Assembly: GCA_033762915.1 (NCBI GenBank)
Contig: JANRLD010000042.1
Span: 32,001 to 96,000, forward strand
DNA: 64,000 nucleotides
Direction of reading: 5' to 3'
From: Meiothermus sp.
Lineage (GTDB): Bacteria; Deinococcota; Deinococci; Deinococcales; Thermaceae
This document shows positions 10,990 to 21,200 of this stretch, one piece after another. Every line of letters begins with the position of its first letter. The first letter of the stretch is position 1. Below the pieces are notes generated by a model. That model saw only the letters and a list, made by a program, of their open reading frames with translations, searched no databases and was not told the DNA's origin. The position numbers were made by a program, and so were the translations under genes.

Positions 10990-12369
10990 CTATCCGCTAA
11001 CCGCCTCCCGTTCGATCACCTCGAGCATCCCCGCCACGCTGGTCACCTTGACCCTGGGGCGGCCCTGGGCCTGGCCCTGCGCGGTCTCGTGGGCGTCCAG
11101 CTTGAGCCAGTCGGCGAAGCTGATGAAGCGCACCCCCCTGGCCTCGAGCAACCTCCCGATGTGCTCCGGCGACTGGGGGGCCAGGCGCAGACTGGGCGCG
11201 TCCTCGAGCAGCAGCTTCACCGTGTCGGCGGCGTCGGCTTTGTTGGTCCCGATGACCCCGCTGGGGCCCCGCTTGATCCAGCCTGCGGTGTACTCCCCCG
11301 CCACCGGCTGCCCGTTTTCAGTGACGCGCCCGCCGACGTTGGGAATCACGCCCCGGCGGCCGTCAAAGGGCACGTCGGCGAGGGCCAGGCCCTTGTAGCC
11401 CACCGAGCGCAGCACCATCCCCACCTCGAGGGTCTCGAACTCGCCCGTCCCCACCGCGTTCAGGCTCTCGTCGAGTCGGTTCTTCTCGAGCCTGATCTGC
11501 TGCACCCTGCCCTCCCCGATCAGCTCGACGGGGGAGACCAGGAAGCGGATGTGGACGCGGCGCGGCTTGCCCTCTAGCGGCTTGGCGGCGAACTCGCGCA
11601 GAATCTTGAGGTTCTTGAGCATCGGCGGGTCGCCGGCGATGGAGGCGGCGCTCTTCTCGTCGAGCTCGAGTTCGGCAGCGCTCACCACGACATCGGCGTT
11701 GGCCAGCTCGCCCAGCTCGCGCAGCTCTTTGGTGGTGAACTTGGCCTGGGCCGGGCCGCGCCGCCCCAGCATGTAGATGTCGGTGACCTGGCTGTGCTCG
11801 AGCAGGGCCAGGGCGTGGTCGGCAATGTCGCTCTTGCCGAGCTCCGCCGCCGACTTGGCCAGCACACGGGTCACGTCCACCGCCACGTTCCCCATCCCCA
11901 CCACCGCCACGCCCCGCACGCCCTGCACGGGCGGGGTACGGTGCTCGTACTCGGGGTGGCCGTTGTACCAGGCCACGAACTCGGTAGCCGAGAGGCTGCC
12001 CGGCAGGTCCTCACCCGGCACGCCGAGGTGGCGGTCGGAGGAGGCCCCGACGGTGAACACCACGGCATCGTAGTGGGCCTCGAGGTCGGCGCGGGTGAGC
12101 TGGGTGCCGTACTCCACGTTGCCGAAGAAGCGCACCCGGGGGTCCTGCAGGGTTTTCTGCATGACCTTGGTCACCGACTTGATGGTCTGGTGGTCGGGCG
12201 CGACTCCATAGCGCACCAGGCCGTAGGGGGTGGGGAGCTTGTCGAACACGTCGACGCGCACCGGGGTCTCGGTCTGCTTGATCAGGGCCTCGGCGGAGTA
12301 GATGCCCGAGGGGCCGGAGCCGATCACCGCCACCCGCAATGGGCGCTCGTCACTAAAGATGTTGCTCAT
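10990..12369 (-). CDS. Ferredoxin--NADP+ reductase (FprA/adrenodoxin reductase family)
   Basis: GSGPSG FAD motif, PYGLVRYGVAPDH, GMGNVAVD, GWIKRGPSGVIGTN. Confidence 0.93.
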   Translation of the reverse strand: MSNIFSDERPLRVAVIGSGPSGIYSAEALIKQTETPVRVDVFDKLPTPYGLVRYGVAPDHQTIKSVTKVMQKTLQDPRVRFFGNVEYGTQLTRADLEAHYDAVVFTVGASSDRHLGVPGEDLPGSLSATEFVAWYNGHPEYEHRTPPVQGVRGVAVVGMGNVAVDVTRVLAKSAAELGKSDIADHALALLEHSQVTDIYMLGRRGPAQAKFTTKELRELGELANADVVVSAAELELDEKSAASIAGDPPMLKNLKILREFAAKPLEGKPRRVHIRFLVSPVELIGEGRVQQIRLEKNRLDESLNAVGTGEFETLEVGMVLRSVGYKGLALADVPFDGRRGVIPNVGGRVTENGQPVAGEYTAGWIKRGPSGVIGTNKADAADTVKLLLEDAPSLRLAPQSPEHIGRLLEARGVRFISFADWLKLDAHETAQGQAQGRPRVKVTSVAGMLEVIEREAVSG

Positions 12370-12486
12370 AGGCTTATCCTCTCACACGCTGTCGGGGATG
12401 GTTGACCTCTGGGGCCGAACCTTAAGGCTGAATACTAACCCATAAACCCGGTTTATTGGTATACCAAACACTGGCGGCGTTTTGTG

Positions 12487-12515
12487 TTGACACTCCAGAG
12501 GTCGGGTGATACCCT
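12487..12515 (+). promoter_or_regulatory. Sigma70-type promoter of tRNA-Val
   Basis: TTGACA-N17-TACCCT with a TG extension. Confidence 0.7.
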
Positions 12516-12545
12516 TTTGGTTGCGCTCGTGAGGGTGCGGGTTTC

Positions 12546-12620
12546 GGGCAGTTAGCTCAGCGGTAGAGCACTCCCTTCACACGGGAGGGGTCGTAGGTTC
12601 AAATCCTATACTGCCCACCA
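12546..12620 (+). tRNA. tRNA-Val (anticodon CAC)
   Basis: GGGCAGT acceptor stem pairing with ACTGCCC, D arm, CTCCC-TTCACAC-GGGAG anticodon arm, GGTTCAAATCC T loop, encoded CCA. Confidence 0.97.
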
Positions 12621-12775
12621 TCAGCGAATGCCGTCAGCAAGGCCGTTTCTGTGCAGATGTCACAGGCCACGCTGGCGGCTTTTTCTATGCTGGGGAGCAG
12701 TAGTCCTCGCACGCCACAGAACGCCCCAGTAAGCCGGGCTTCTTTCTGGACCCCTCGCAGCGGAGGAGGCCGGAC

Positions 12776-13010
12776 ATGCCGAAGACGAAGGGCCGGGGCA
12801 ACGGGGAAGGCGGCATCTACCTGGATAAGAGTAAGGGGCGCTACTTCGGGGCGGTTACAGTCGCGGTGGACCCGGTCACCCAACGCCCGACGGCGCGGGT
12901 GAAAGTGTCCGACCGTACCCGCGAGGAGGTTGCCCAGAAGATCGCCGAGCTGCTGGTCCGCCACAACCGGGGCGAGCTGGCGGCCGGTGAACTCCATCAG
13001 CCGACCCTCG
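12776..13010 (+). pseudogene. N-terminal stub of a tyrosine integrase
   Basis: GGAGG RBS, RGNGEGGIY...RTREEV N-terminus typical of phage/ICE integrases, directly after a tRNA; the rest of the ORF is antisense to the kinase gene; end approximate. Confidence 0.75.
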
Positions 13011-13066
13011 TCGCGCAGCCCGACCAACGCCGCCGTATCGGCCTGTTCCCAAGACGGCTGTTCGGC

Positions 13067-16000
13067 TCAGGGCTGGAGCAGCGGCAGCCGCACGACCGCG
13101 GTGGTGCCGCGCCCGGGCTGGCTCTCGAGCCGTATCTCCCCGCCGTGCATCTGCACAATGGACTTGGCGATCGAGAGGCCCAGGCCGGTACCTCCAGGGT
13201 CGGGGCCGCGGCGGCGGGCCGGGTCGACGCGGAAGAAGCGCTCGAAGACGAGGGGCAGGTCTTCAGGGGAGATTCCCACCCCGGTGTCGGCCACCCGGAA
13301 CTCGGCCCAGCCGCCCTCAGCGTCGGCCTCGAGGGCCACCCGTATCTCGCCCCCCGGAGGGCTGTACTTGAGAGCGTTCTCAAGCAACTGCAGCGCGAGC
13401 TGCTTGAGCCGGTCGGGGTCGCCCCAGAGCCACAGCCGCTCGGGCAGGGTGGCCTTCAGGTCATGGGCGGCGGCCAGGGGCCCCACGTCGGCGCAGGCCG
13501 AGCGCAGCAGCGCGGCTAGGTCGAGGGCCCTGGGGCGTAGCCCGGCCCCGGCGTCGCCCCGCGCCAGGGCCAGCATGTCGTTGACCAGCCGCCCCAGGCG
13601 TTGGGCCTCGCGGCTTACCTCGGCCAGGGCCTCCTCGCGGTCGGCCTTCCTCATCCCCCTGAAGCGGGTGAGCAGCTCGAGGTTGCCCTGGATGGCGGTT
13701 AGGGGGGCGCGCAGCTCATGGGCGGCGTCGTTGACGAAGCGCTTCTGGCTCTCAGCGAGGCGGCGGTAGCGCTCCTCGGAGGCCCGCAGCCCCTCCTCGG
13801 TCCGCTTGCGCTCGGTGATGTCCTGCGTCACCCCCACTGCCCGTTGAAGCCGGCCCTCGGGGCCACGCAAAAGCAGGCCGTGCAGCGCCCAGGCCCGCCC
13901 GTCCGTCCCGCGGAACTCCACGGCGTGGATGTCCCGGCCCGTCTCGACGGCTTGGGCGTAGGCCTCGAGCACCCGCCCCCGGTCGGCCTCGTGGATGAAG
14001 AAGCTGGCGCTCCCCGCGTCTCGCGGCATCTCCTCCTCGTTCACCCCCAGCAGCCGCGCGGCGTTGTGCGACCAGATTACCCGGCCCGAGTCCGCGTCCA
14101 TGTCCCAGGCGAACATCCCGGCCACGTCAGTGGCCAGCCGCAACCGCTCCTCCGAGGCCTGCACGGCTTCTTCAGCCTGTTTGCGCTCGGTGATGTCGGC
14201 GCTGGTGCCCACGAAGCCCAGATACTCCCCGGACTCGGTCAGGCGGGGTCGGCCCCACGACTCCAGCCAGCGCCACTCCCCGCCCCGCTTCACCCGCACC
14301 TCCGCGTGGAAAGGCCGGCGGCCCCGCACGCAGTCCAGGAACTCGCCCACGTAGGCCGCGGTGTCGTCGGGGTGGGTGAGCATCCGCCAGCCCTCGCCCC
14401 GGGTCTGCTCGAGGGTCACGCCGAAGTACTCGCAGAAGGCTTGGTTGACGAACTCCCGGCGGCCCTCGGCGTCGTGCACCCACACCAGCAGGGGCAGGCC
14501 GTCGGCCGTGGCCCGGAAGCGGGCCTCGCTCTCGCGCAGGGCCTCCTCGGCCTGCCTGAGGTGGGTGACATCCTGGAGGGTTCCGTACAGCTTCACCGCC
14601 GTGCCCGAGGGGTCGCGCACCTCCTCCCCGATGCCACTGATCCACTTCTCGCCCGCCGGGGTGAGGACACGGTATTCGACGGTGACAGCCCGGCCCTGGC
14701 GGCGGGCCTGCTCGGTGGCGGCGGCTACGCGCCTGCGGTCGTCGGGGTGGATGAGCGACATGATGTCGTACACCGACTGCCTGTCCGGGCCTTTCTGTAC
14801 GCCTAGCAGCTCGTACATGTACTCCGACCACTCCACCGCGTTGGTGGCCAAGTCCCAGACCCAGCTACCGGTTTTTGACACCCTCTGGGCCTCGCGCAGC
14901 CGCCGCTCGCTCTCTTGCAGCGCTTCCTCGGCCCGCTTGCGCTCGGTGACGTCGAGGTTGACCCCGGTCATCCGGGTCACCCGGCCCTCGGCGTCGCGGT
15001 GCAAGCGGGCGCGGCTGGACACCCAGCGCTCCTCGCCGCCGGGGAGCACAATGCGGAACTCGTCCTCGACGTACTCCTGGCCGCCCTGGGTGGCCAGGGC
15101 GGCGCGGGCTCGGATCAGCGGCAGGTCGTGGGGGTGGACCCGGTCGGAGAAGTCGTCCGCCGGCCTCACCGGCCGGTGGGGCAGCCCGAACAGCGCGGAC
15201 ATCCCGGGCGACCAGTGCTCGACGCCGCTGGCCAGGTCCAGATCCCAAGCCCCCATCCGGGCCGAGGCCAGCGCCAGCTGCAGCCGCTCCTCGCTCTCCT
15301 TGAGCCGCGCCTCGACGCGGGCGCGCTCGAGGCGCGGGTAGACCAGCGCGGCAACCTCCATCAGCAGCCCCACCTCGCGGTCGCGCCAGGGGCGGGGCCG
15401 GTCCTGCTGGGCGCTGAGGACGAAACGCCCGCGCCCGCCGCTGGCGTAGGGGGCGTTGACCAGCGCCCGGATGCCCAGCGCTTCAAAGCCCTCGGTGGCC
15501 TCCTCCGGCCTCTCGCTCGAGCGCACGTCGGGGATCACCACCGGCTCGCCCCCGCCCAGGCGGCGGCGCTCCTCCAGGGTGTGGAATTCGGTCAGCCGGT
15601 AGGACTCTAGCAGCGCGGCGGGGCCCTCGGGGCGGCTGTTGTGGAAGACGGTGGCGGTGCTGGCCGCCTCGTCGATCTCCACGAACAGGCACTGTGACAG
15701 GCCCAGGTGCCGCACCGTGAGCGCCCCCGCCTCGAGGGCGATCTCTGCGGCCCCCCCCAGCGGGGCCAGCGCGTCTCGCATCCCGGTCAGGAACGCCTGG
15801 TCGGCGCGGCGGCGCCGGTCGTCGGTCACGTCGCGCGAGACCCCCACCACCCCCACCACCCGGCCTGCCCCGTCGCGCAGTGGGGCCTTGAAGGACTGGA
15901 AGACCATCGGGTCGGCGGGGTCGCCGAACTCCTCCTCGACCAACTCGGCCCGGCCGGTGGCCATCACCCGCGCGTCGTTCTCCCGCACCCTCTGGGCCTG

Positions 16001-17383
16001 GAGGGAGTCGGGGATCAGCGCCGCTGCGCCGCCGCCCAGCACCCTCGAGGGGTCGCCCTGGCCCAGCAGCTCGAAGGTGGCCCGGTTGCCCAGGGTGATG
16101 CGGCCCTCGGCGTCCTTGGCCCACACCGGGTCGGGGGTGGCCTCCATGACCGCGCGCAGCAGCTCGGCGCTCCTGCGCAGCTCCTCCTCGGCCCGCCTGC
16201 GCTCGGTGACGTCCAGGGCGGCCAGGGTGGCCCGCAGGGGGCGGGGGGGCAGGGAGTCGCGGTCAAAGAACGCCTGCTTGCGCACACTCACCCAGCGGGT
16301 CTGGTCGCCGGGCAACGCCACCCGGTGCTCCATGGCGAACCAGCCCGGGCCGGAGGGGTCCAGGAGGCGTCCGATGGCCCGCTCCAACTCCCTGCGGTCG
16401 TCGGGGTGGAAGGTGGCGTGGAGGCGCTCGCGACTCACGGTGACCCTGCCCTCGCCCAGCCCGAACAGCCGGGCCGCCTCGGGGCTGAGGGTGACGGTGC
16501 CCGCCGGGTAGTCCACCTCGGCCAGGGCCAGCCCCGCAACCTGGGCGCCGAGCTGGAGCCGGGCCTCGCTCTCCCGAAGCGCCGCCTCGACCCGTTTGCG
16601 TTCGCTGATGTCGAGGGCCTTGCCCAGCAGACGCTGCGGGCGGCCCGCAGCGTCGCGGATCAGCTGGCCCTGGTCCCACACCCACACGTAGCTGCCGTCA
16701 CGGCGGCGCAGCCGGTACTCGGAGCTACGCGCCTCGACGGCCCCCTCCAGTGACATCAGGTCGGAGTGCATCACCCGCTCGCGGTCGTCGGGGTGGATGA
16801 GGTCGGCCCACCAGTCGCGGTCGGGGCGGATCTCCTCGGGGGCGTACCCCAGCAGGGACTGCAGGCCCGCGCTGCGGCTCACCACCGGCCCCGGCCAGCG
16901 GACGTCGTAGACGTAGCCGTGCATCACCTGCTCGGCCATGCGCGCTCGCTCGGCGGCCAGGGCCAGCTCGACCTCGGCCCGCCTGCGCTCGGTGATGTCC
17001 CGGTTGAGCGCTACCGCCCCTACCGGGCTGCCCTCGGCGTCGCGCCGCAGCCGCACGGTGGAGAGCACGTGCAGCCGGTGCCCGGCCTTGTGGTACTGCC
17101 CCACCTCGCCCCGCCACTCGCCGGCCTCCAGCAGCACCCGCCGGGCCTGCGCGGCATCCTCGAGCAGCAGGTCGGTGAGAAGCAGCTCTTGGGTGGTGCG
17201 GCCTAGCGCTTCCCGGGCCGTCCAGCCGTAGGTCTCCTCGGCCCCCCGGTTCCAGCTCTGGATGCGGTACTCGAGGTCGGTGGAGATCACCGCGTCGGAG
17301 ACGTGCTCCAGCACCTCGGCCAGGTGGCGCAGGTGATCCGCCGAAATAGGCTCGGCGAGTGCGGGGTGGGTGGGGTCGCTCAC
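13067..17383 (-). CDS. Cytoplasmic multi-sensor histidine kinase (about 8 PAS/PAC + GAF + HisKA + HATPase)
   Basis: Repeated D(I/V)TERK PAC ends and HPDD motifs, AHELRAPL H-box, ENALKY, DTGVGI, GTGLGL; start placed at GTG 17383 (TTG 17419 also possible). Confidence 0.92.
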   Translation of the reverse strand: MSDPTHPALAEPISADHLRHLAEVLEHVSDAVISTDLEYRIQSWNRGAEETYGWTAREALGRTTQELLLTDLLLEDAAQARRVLLEAGEWRGEVGQYHKAGHRLHVLSTVRLRRDAEGSPVGAVALNRDITERRRAEVELALAAERARMAEQVMHGYVYDVRWPGPVVSRSAGLQSLLGYAPEEIRPDRDWWADLIHPDDRERVMHSDLMSLEGAVEARSSEYRLRRRDGSYVWVWDQGQLIRDAAGRPQRLLGKALDISERKRVEAALRESEARLQLGAQVAGLALAEVDYPAGTVTLSPEAARLFGLGEGRVTVSRERLHATFHPDDRRELERAIGRLLDPSGPGWFAMEHRVALPGDQTRWVSVRKQAFFDRDSLPPRPLRATLAALDVTERRRAEEELRRSAELLRAVMEATPDPVWAKDAEGRITLGNRATFELLGQGDPSRVLGGGAAALIPDSLQAQRVRENDARVMATGRAELVEEEFGDPADPMVFQSFKAPLRDGAGRVVGVVGVSRDVTDDRRRRADQAFLTGMRDALAPLGGAAEIALEAGALTVRHLGLSQCLFVEIDEAASTATVFHNSRPEGPAALLESYRLTEFHTLEERRRLGGGEPVVIPDVRSSERPEEATEGFEALGIRALVNAPYASGGRGRFVLSAQQDRPRPWRDREVGLLMEVAALVYPRLERARVEARLKESEERLQLALASARMGAWDLDLASGVEHWSPGMSALFGLPHRPVRPADDFSDRVHPHDLPLIRARAALATQGGQEYVEDEFRIVLPGGEERWVSSRARLHRDAEGRVTRMTGVNLDVTERKRAEEALQESERRLREAQRVSKTGSWVWDLATNAVEWSEYMYELLGVQKGPDRQSVYDIMSLIHPDDRRRVAAATEQARRQGRAVTVEYRVLTPAGEKWISGIGEEVRDPSGTAVKLYGTLQDVTHLRQAEEALRESEARFRATADGLPLLVWVHDAEGRREFVNQAFCEYFGVTLEQTRGEGWRMLTHPDDTAAYVGEFLDCVRGRRPFHAEVRVKRGGEWRWLESWGRPRLTESGEYLGFVGTSADITERKQAEEAVQASEERLRLATDVAGMFAWDMDADSGRVIWSHNAARLLGVNEEEMPRDAGSASFFIHEADRGRVLEAYAQAVETGRDIHAVEFRGTDGRAWALHGLLLRGPEGRLQRAVGVTQDITERKRTEEGLRASEERYRRLAESQKRFVNDAAHELRAPLTAIQGNLELLTRFRGMRKADREEALAEVSREAQRLGRLVNDMLALARGDAGAGLRPRALDLAALLRSACADVGPLAAAHDLKATLPERLWLWGDPDRLKQLALQLLENALKYSPPGGEIRVALEADAEGGWAEFRVADTGVGISPEDLPLVFERFFRVDPARRRGPDPGGTGLGLSIAKSIVQMHGGEIRLESQPGRGTTAVVRLPLLQP

Positions 17384-17659
17384 AGATTTCCTGATCCAGC
17401 CGCGCGAACCGAGATTCAAACCATCGTTGTGTATTATCTGTGGCTAAGCTTAATATGTGCTGAGCCGGTCGAGACCGGGTGCCCCGGTCAACAAACTAAA
17501 GAGCGGGGGCAGGCAGAGGGAGGGCGTCGGTCAGTACCTAAGTCCCTTGTGGGCGGGCGCTCGAGTCGTATCCTGTTTGACCTGCCAACCAGGATCCGCC
17601 CTTGGCGACTCAGGCGAGATGTTCTGCCCGTGCTCTGTCTGGTCGCCCGGTACGTGTGC

Positions 17660-17960
17660 GCGGGCCGGCGCCTTAGCGACCGGGACGGTCTGGAGCTGGC
17701 GAACCGGCACCAGATACTCAATATACTCACAGCCCTCGAGGTCGTCCATCAACTCGCGGCGGGCGGCCTCGAGAACCGGCTTGTTGCCCTCGGGCGTGGG
17801 CTATGTGAAGGCGCTGGCCGGTTGTGCCTCTCCCTCGACGACCCCAACATCCACGAACCCCGCGTCGGGGAGGGGACTTTCACTTTCACTTCCACTTCCA
17901 CTTTCACCCCAACCCTATCGCTGGGGCCAAGCAACTGAAGCGTGCGGCTGTACCACTCCC
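17660..17960 (-). pseudogene. Fragmented C-terminal remnant of a NucS/DUF91-type nuclease-domain protein
   Basis: WYSRTLQLL..DRV.VK / FVDVGVV.GEAQPA / EYLVPV..LQTVP pieces split across frames; family recalled from memory; boundaries approximate. Confidence 0.5.
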
Positions 17961-18251
17961 GCTCGGGGGCCTGGAGCTTGCCCACCACTACGCACTTGTA
18001 GAACCGGGGACTTGTGCGGCAGCTTGCCGTACATTCCGGCCCTGGCGTTGCTGGCTGCGGCCCGCTCGAGGCCCCGGGGGTGATCCCTGCGTACCTGGGG
18101 ATGGGTCGACCCCCCCTCGCAAATTTGCGACCCCCACTGAACCCACACGAGCGGAGGCCCAATCGGGACTGCCTCACAGCGGTTTTCGCTGTAGGGAGTA
18201 CATTTCAGGGCGGGCTTGTCGTCTTGTCTAACTTTGACCCCTTTAGCCCAG

Positions 18252-21200
18252 CTACCCCAGCACTACCCGAACCCGGCGAACCCGACCGTCGTCTACCAGA
18301 CCGATGCCTTCACTGGGGTTGAGGGAGGTAGAGTCCAGCTCGAGTAGCGCCACCCCCTTGCAAACCCCCTTGGGGTTCTCAACTTGGACTTCGTAGACCG
18401 CTGAGTGGTACTGAAAGCGGATGCTGTATTCGCGCCAGGTCTTGGGGATGCAGGGGTCCAGGTACAGGCGCTGTTTGCGTACCCGGAAGCCCAGAAGCCA
18501 CTCCAAGCCCGCGCGGTACATCCAGCCTGCCGAGCCTGTGTACCAAGTCCAGCCACCCCGACCGATGTGAGGTGCGACCGCGTAGATATCGGCGGCCATC
18601 ACATACGGCTCGACCTTGTAGCGGTGTACCCCGGCGCGGGTCGTGGCCTGGTTGACGGGGTTGAGGATCGAGAGCAACTCGCCCGCCGTGTCACCGTCAC
18701 CCAAGGCAGCAAAGGCCATCGCGCTCCAGACGGCGGCGTGGGTGTACTGCCCGCCGTTTTCGCGCACCCCTGCCGGGTAACCCTTGATGTAACCGGGGTC
18801 TTGGGGTGTGTGCTCGAAAGGCGGGGTGAAGAGCAGCATTAGGCTGTTTTCGCGCTGGAGCAGATGTTGCTCGACGGCTTTCATGGCCTTGCTGGCCCGA
18901 TCAGGTGCCCCTGCCCCACTCAGCACTGCCCAGGACTGGGCAATGGCATCTATGCGGCATTCGCTGTTGAGGGACGAACCCAGTGGGGTGCCGTCGTCGA
19001 AGAAGGCCCGCAGGTACCAGTCGCCGTCCCAAGCCTCGCTCTCGAGGGCGTGCTTGAGCTTACGCACATGGCTGCGCCAGCTTTTCGCCCTGGCCTTCTC
19101 GCCTCGAGACTCAGCGATTTTGGCCCATTCCCAGAGGTTGGTGTGCAAAAACCAAGCCAGCCAGACGCTCTCGCCTTTGCCATGTTGCCCAACCCGATTA
19201 AGCCCGTCGTTCCAGTCGCCGCCGCCGATCAACGGCAGGCCGTGGGGGCCAAGGGCCAGGCTGCGCTCGAGGGCGCGGGCGCAGTGTTCGTAGAGGGTGG
19301 CAGACTGCTCGGAAATTCGAGGTTCAAAATAGCCATCTTCCTGGCCTTCGGGGATGGGCTGACCCTCGAGGAAGGGCACGGTCTCATCCAACACTGCGGC
19401 ATCGCCACTGGCCTCGAGGTAGTGGGTGGTGGTATAGGGCAGCCACAGCAGGTCATCGGAAATGTGGGTGCGTACCCCGCGCCCGGAGGGCGGGTGCCAC
19501 CAGTGCTGCACATCACCCTCGGGGAACTGGTGGGCGGCAGCACGGAGCAGGTGCCGGCGGGTCTGCTCGGGCTGGGCCAGGGTGAGGGCCATGCCGTCTT
19601 GCAACTGGTCGCGGAAGCCGTAGGCCCCACCCGCTTGGTAAAAACCACTGCGTGCCCAGATGCGGCTCGAGAGGTTTTGGTAGAGCAACCAGCGGTTAAG
19701 CATTAAGTCCAGCGCCCGGTCGGGGGTGTGGACTTGTACCATGCCGAGGGTGCTGTCCCAGAAAGCCCTGACTTCATCGAGTTTCTGCTCAATGTTTGCG
19801 CTTCGGTATTGCTGAATTAGTTGCTGGGCTGCTGCGCGGCTCTCGCCCTGACCCAGCAGCAACACCACTTCGGCGCTCTCGCCGGGGGCCAGCTCGAGGG
19901 CGGTCTGCAAAACCGCACAGGGGTCGAGGGCGGCTCCGGCTTTGCCCGACAGGCGGGCGCCTGGCTCGACGCCCTGGGGACGCTGCAGGGTGCCCCCACG
20001 GCCCACAAACTCGGTGCGGTCGCAGGTCCAGCGCTGTTGCTTTCCACGTAAATCAGCGAAGGCCACTCGGTTCGCAAACTCGGGGCTCCAGGGGTTCCAG
20101 GCCAGTAGGGCTTGGCTGGGGTCCATCTCGGTCACGGTGTGGGCTGCCGAGACCTCCTTGGAAACCCCCAGGACCCACTGGGTGTAGCTGCTTAGGGTGA
20201 TGCGGCGGGGTTTGCCCGAGCGGTTCTCGAGGCGCAGGCGGGATATCTTCAGGGGGTCGTGCAGCGGCACGAACTGGGTCAGGTCGCTGTAAATCCCCTG
20301 ATGGGAGTGCTCGAAGCGGCTGTAGCCCTGGCCGTGGTGGGTGAGGTAGACCCCGCTCTCGGAGCGGATGGGGCGAGCGGTGGGGCTCCAGAGTTCGCCG
20401 CTGTCTTCGTCGCGCAGATACCAGGCCTCGCCCACTGGGTCGGTCACAGGGTCGTTGGACCAGGGGGTGAGCTTGTTTTCGCGGCTGTTGCTGGCCCAGT
20501 TATAGCCGCCACCGGACTCCGAGACCAGGAAGCCGAAACCCTCGTTGGCCACCACATTGACCCACGGCGCGGGGGTCCACTGCCCCTCACTCAGCCCGAT
20601 CACATACTCCCTGCCATCGGGGCTAAAGCCGCCCAGACCGTTGAAAAACTCGAGCTTGGGCATTGGCAGGTGTTCGTCTCTGGAGCGGCTAAGGGTCTTG
20701 GGCAGGCGGGACGTGGCGGGCGGGGTTCTGGCAGGCCGCAAGGCGCTAAGCTGTTCAGCCAGAGTTCCCTTGGCACTCGACAGCACCACCCTGGCCACGC
20801 TCTGCAGTTGCTCGAGTTCGTCACTCGAGAGCAGCCCCACCTGGAGCATGAACACATCACCCAAAATGCCGTCGGTCTCGGCTGGCGGCTGGCTGACCCG
20901 CTGCAAATCACGCAGCTCGGCCTGCAGCGCCGAGGCATAGCTGGCGGGTTCTTCGTCCAAGATAACCAAGTCCACCGCCAGGCGTTTGCGCCGCCAATAC
21001 TGGAAGGCCCGCATGATCTGGCGCACCAACTCTCGCTCGCCCAGCTCAGCAATCCGCACCAGCACTATCGGCAAATCGCCCGAGATGCCGTGCCTCCACA
21101 GCACAGGCTGACCCAGGTGGTTACGGGTCATGGCCTCGAGCGAACCCCGCAGGGCACGGCTGGGGAAAATCAAATGCCCGGTCAGTTCTTGGAACAGCGC

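Noticed and set aside
12776..13519. 247-aa ORF as an intact integrase
   Set aside because: Only about 78 N-terminal residues look integrase-like; most of the rest is antisense to the kinase and has no catalytic R-H-R-Y residues.
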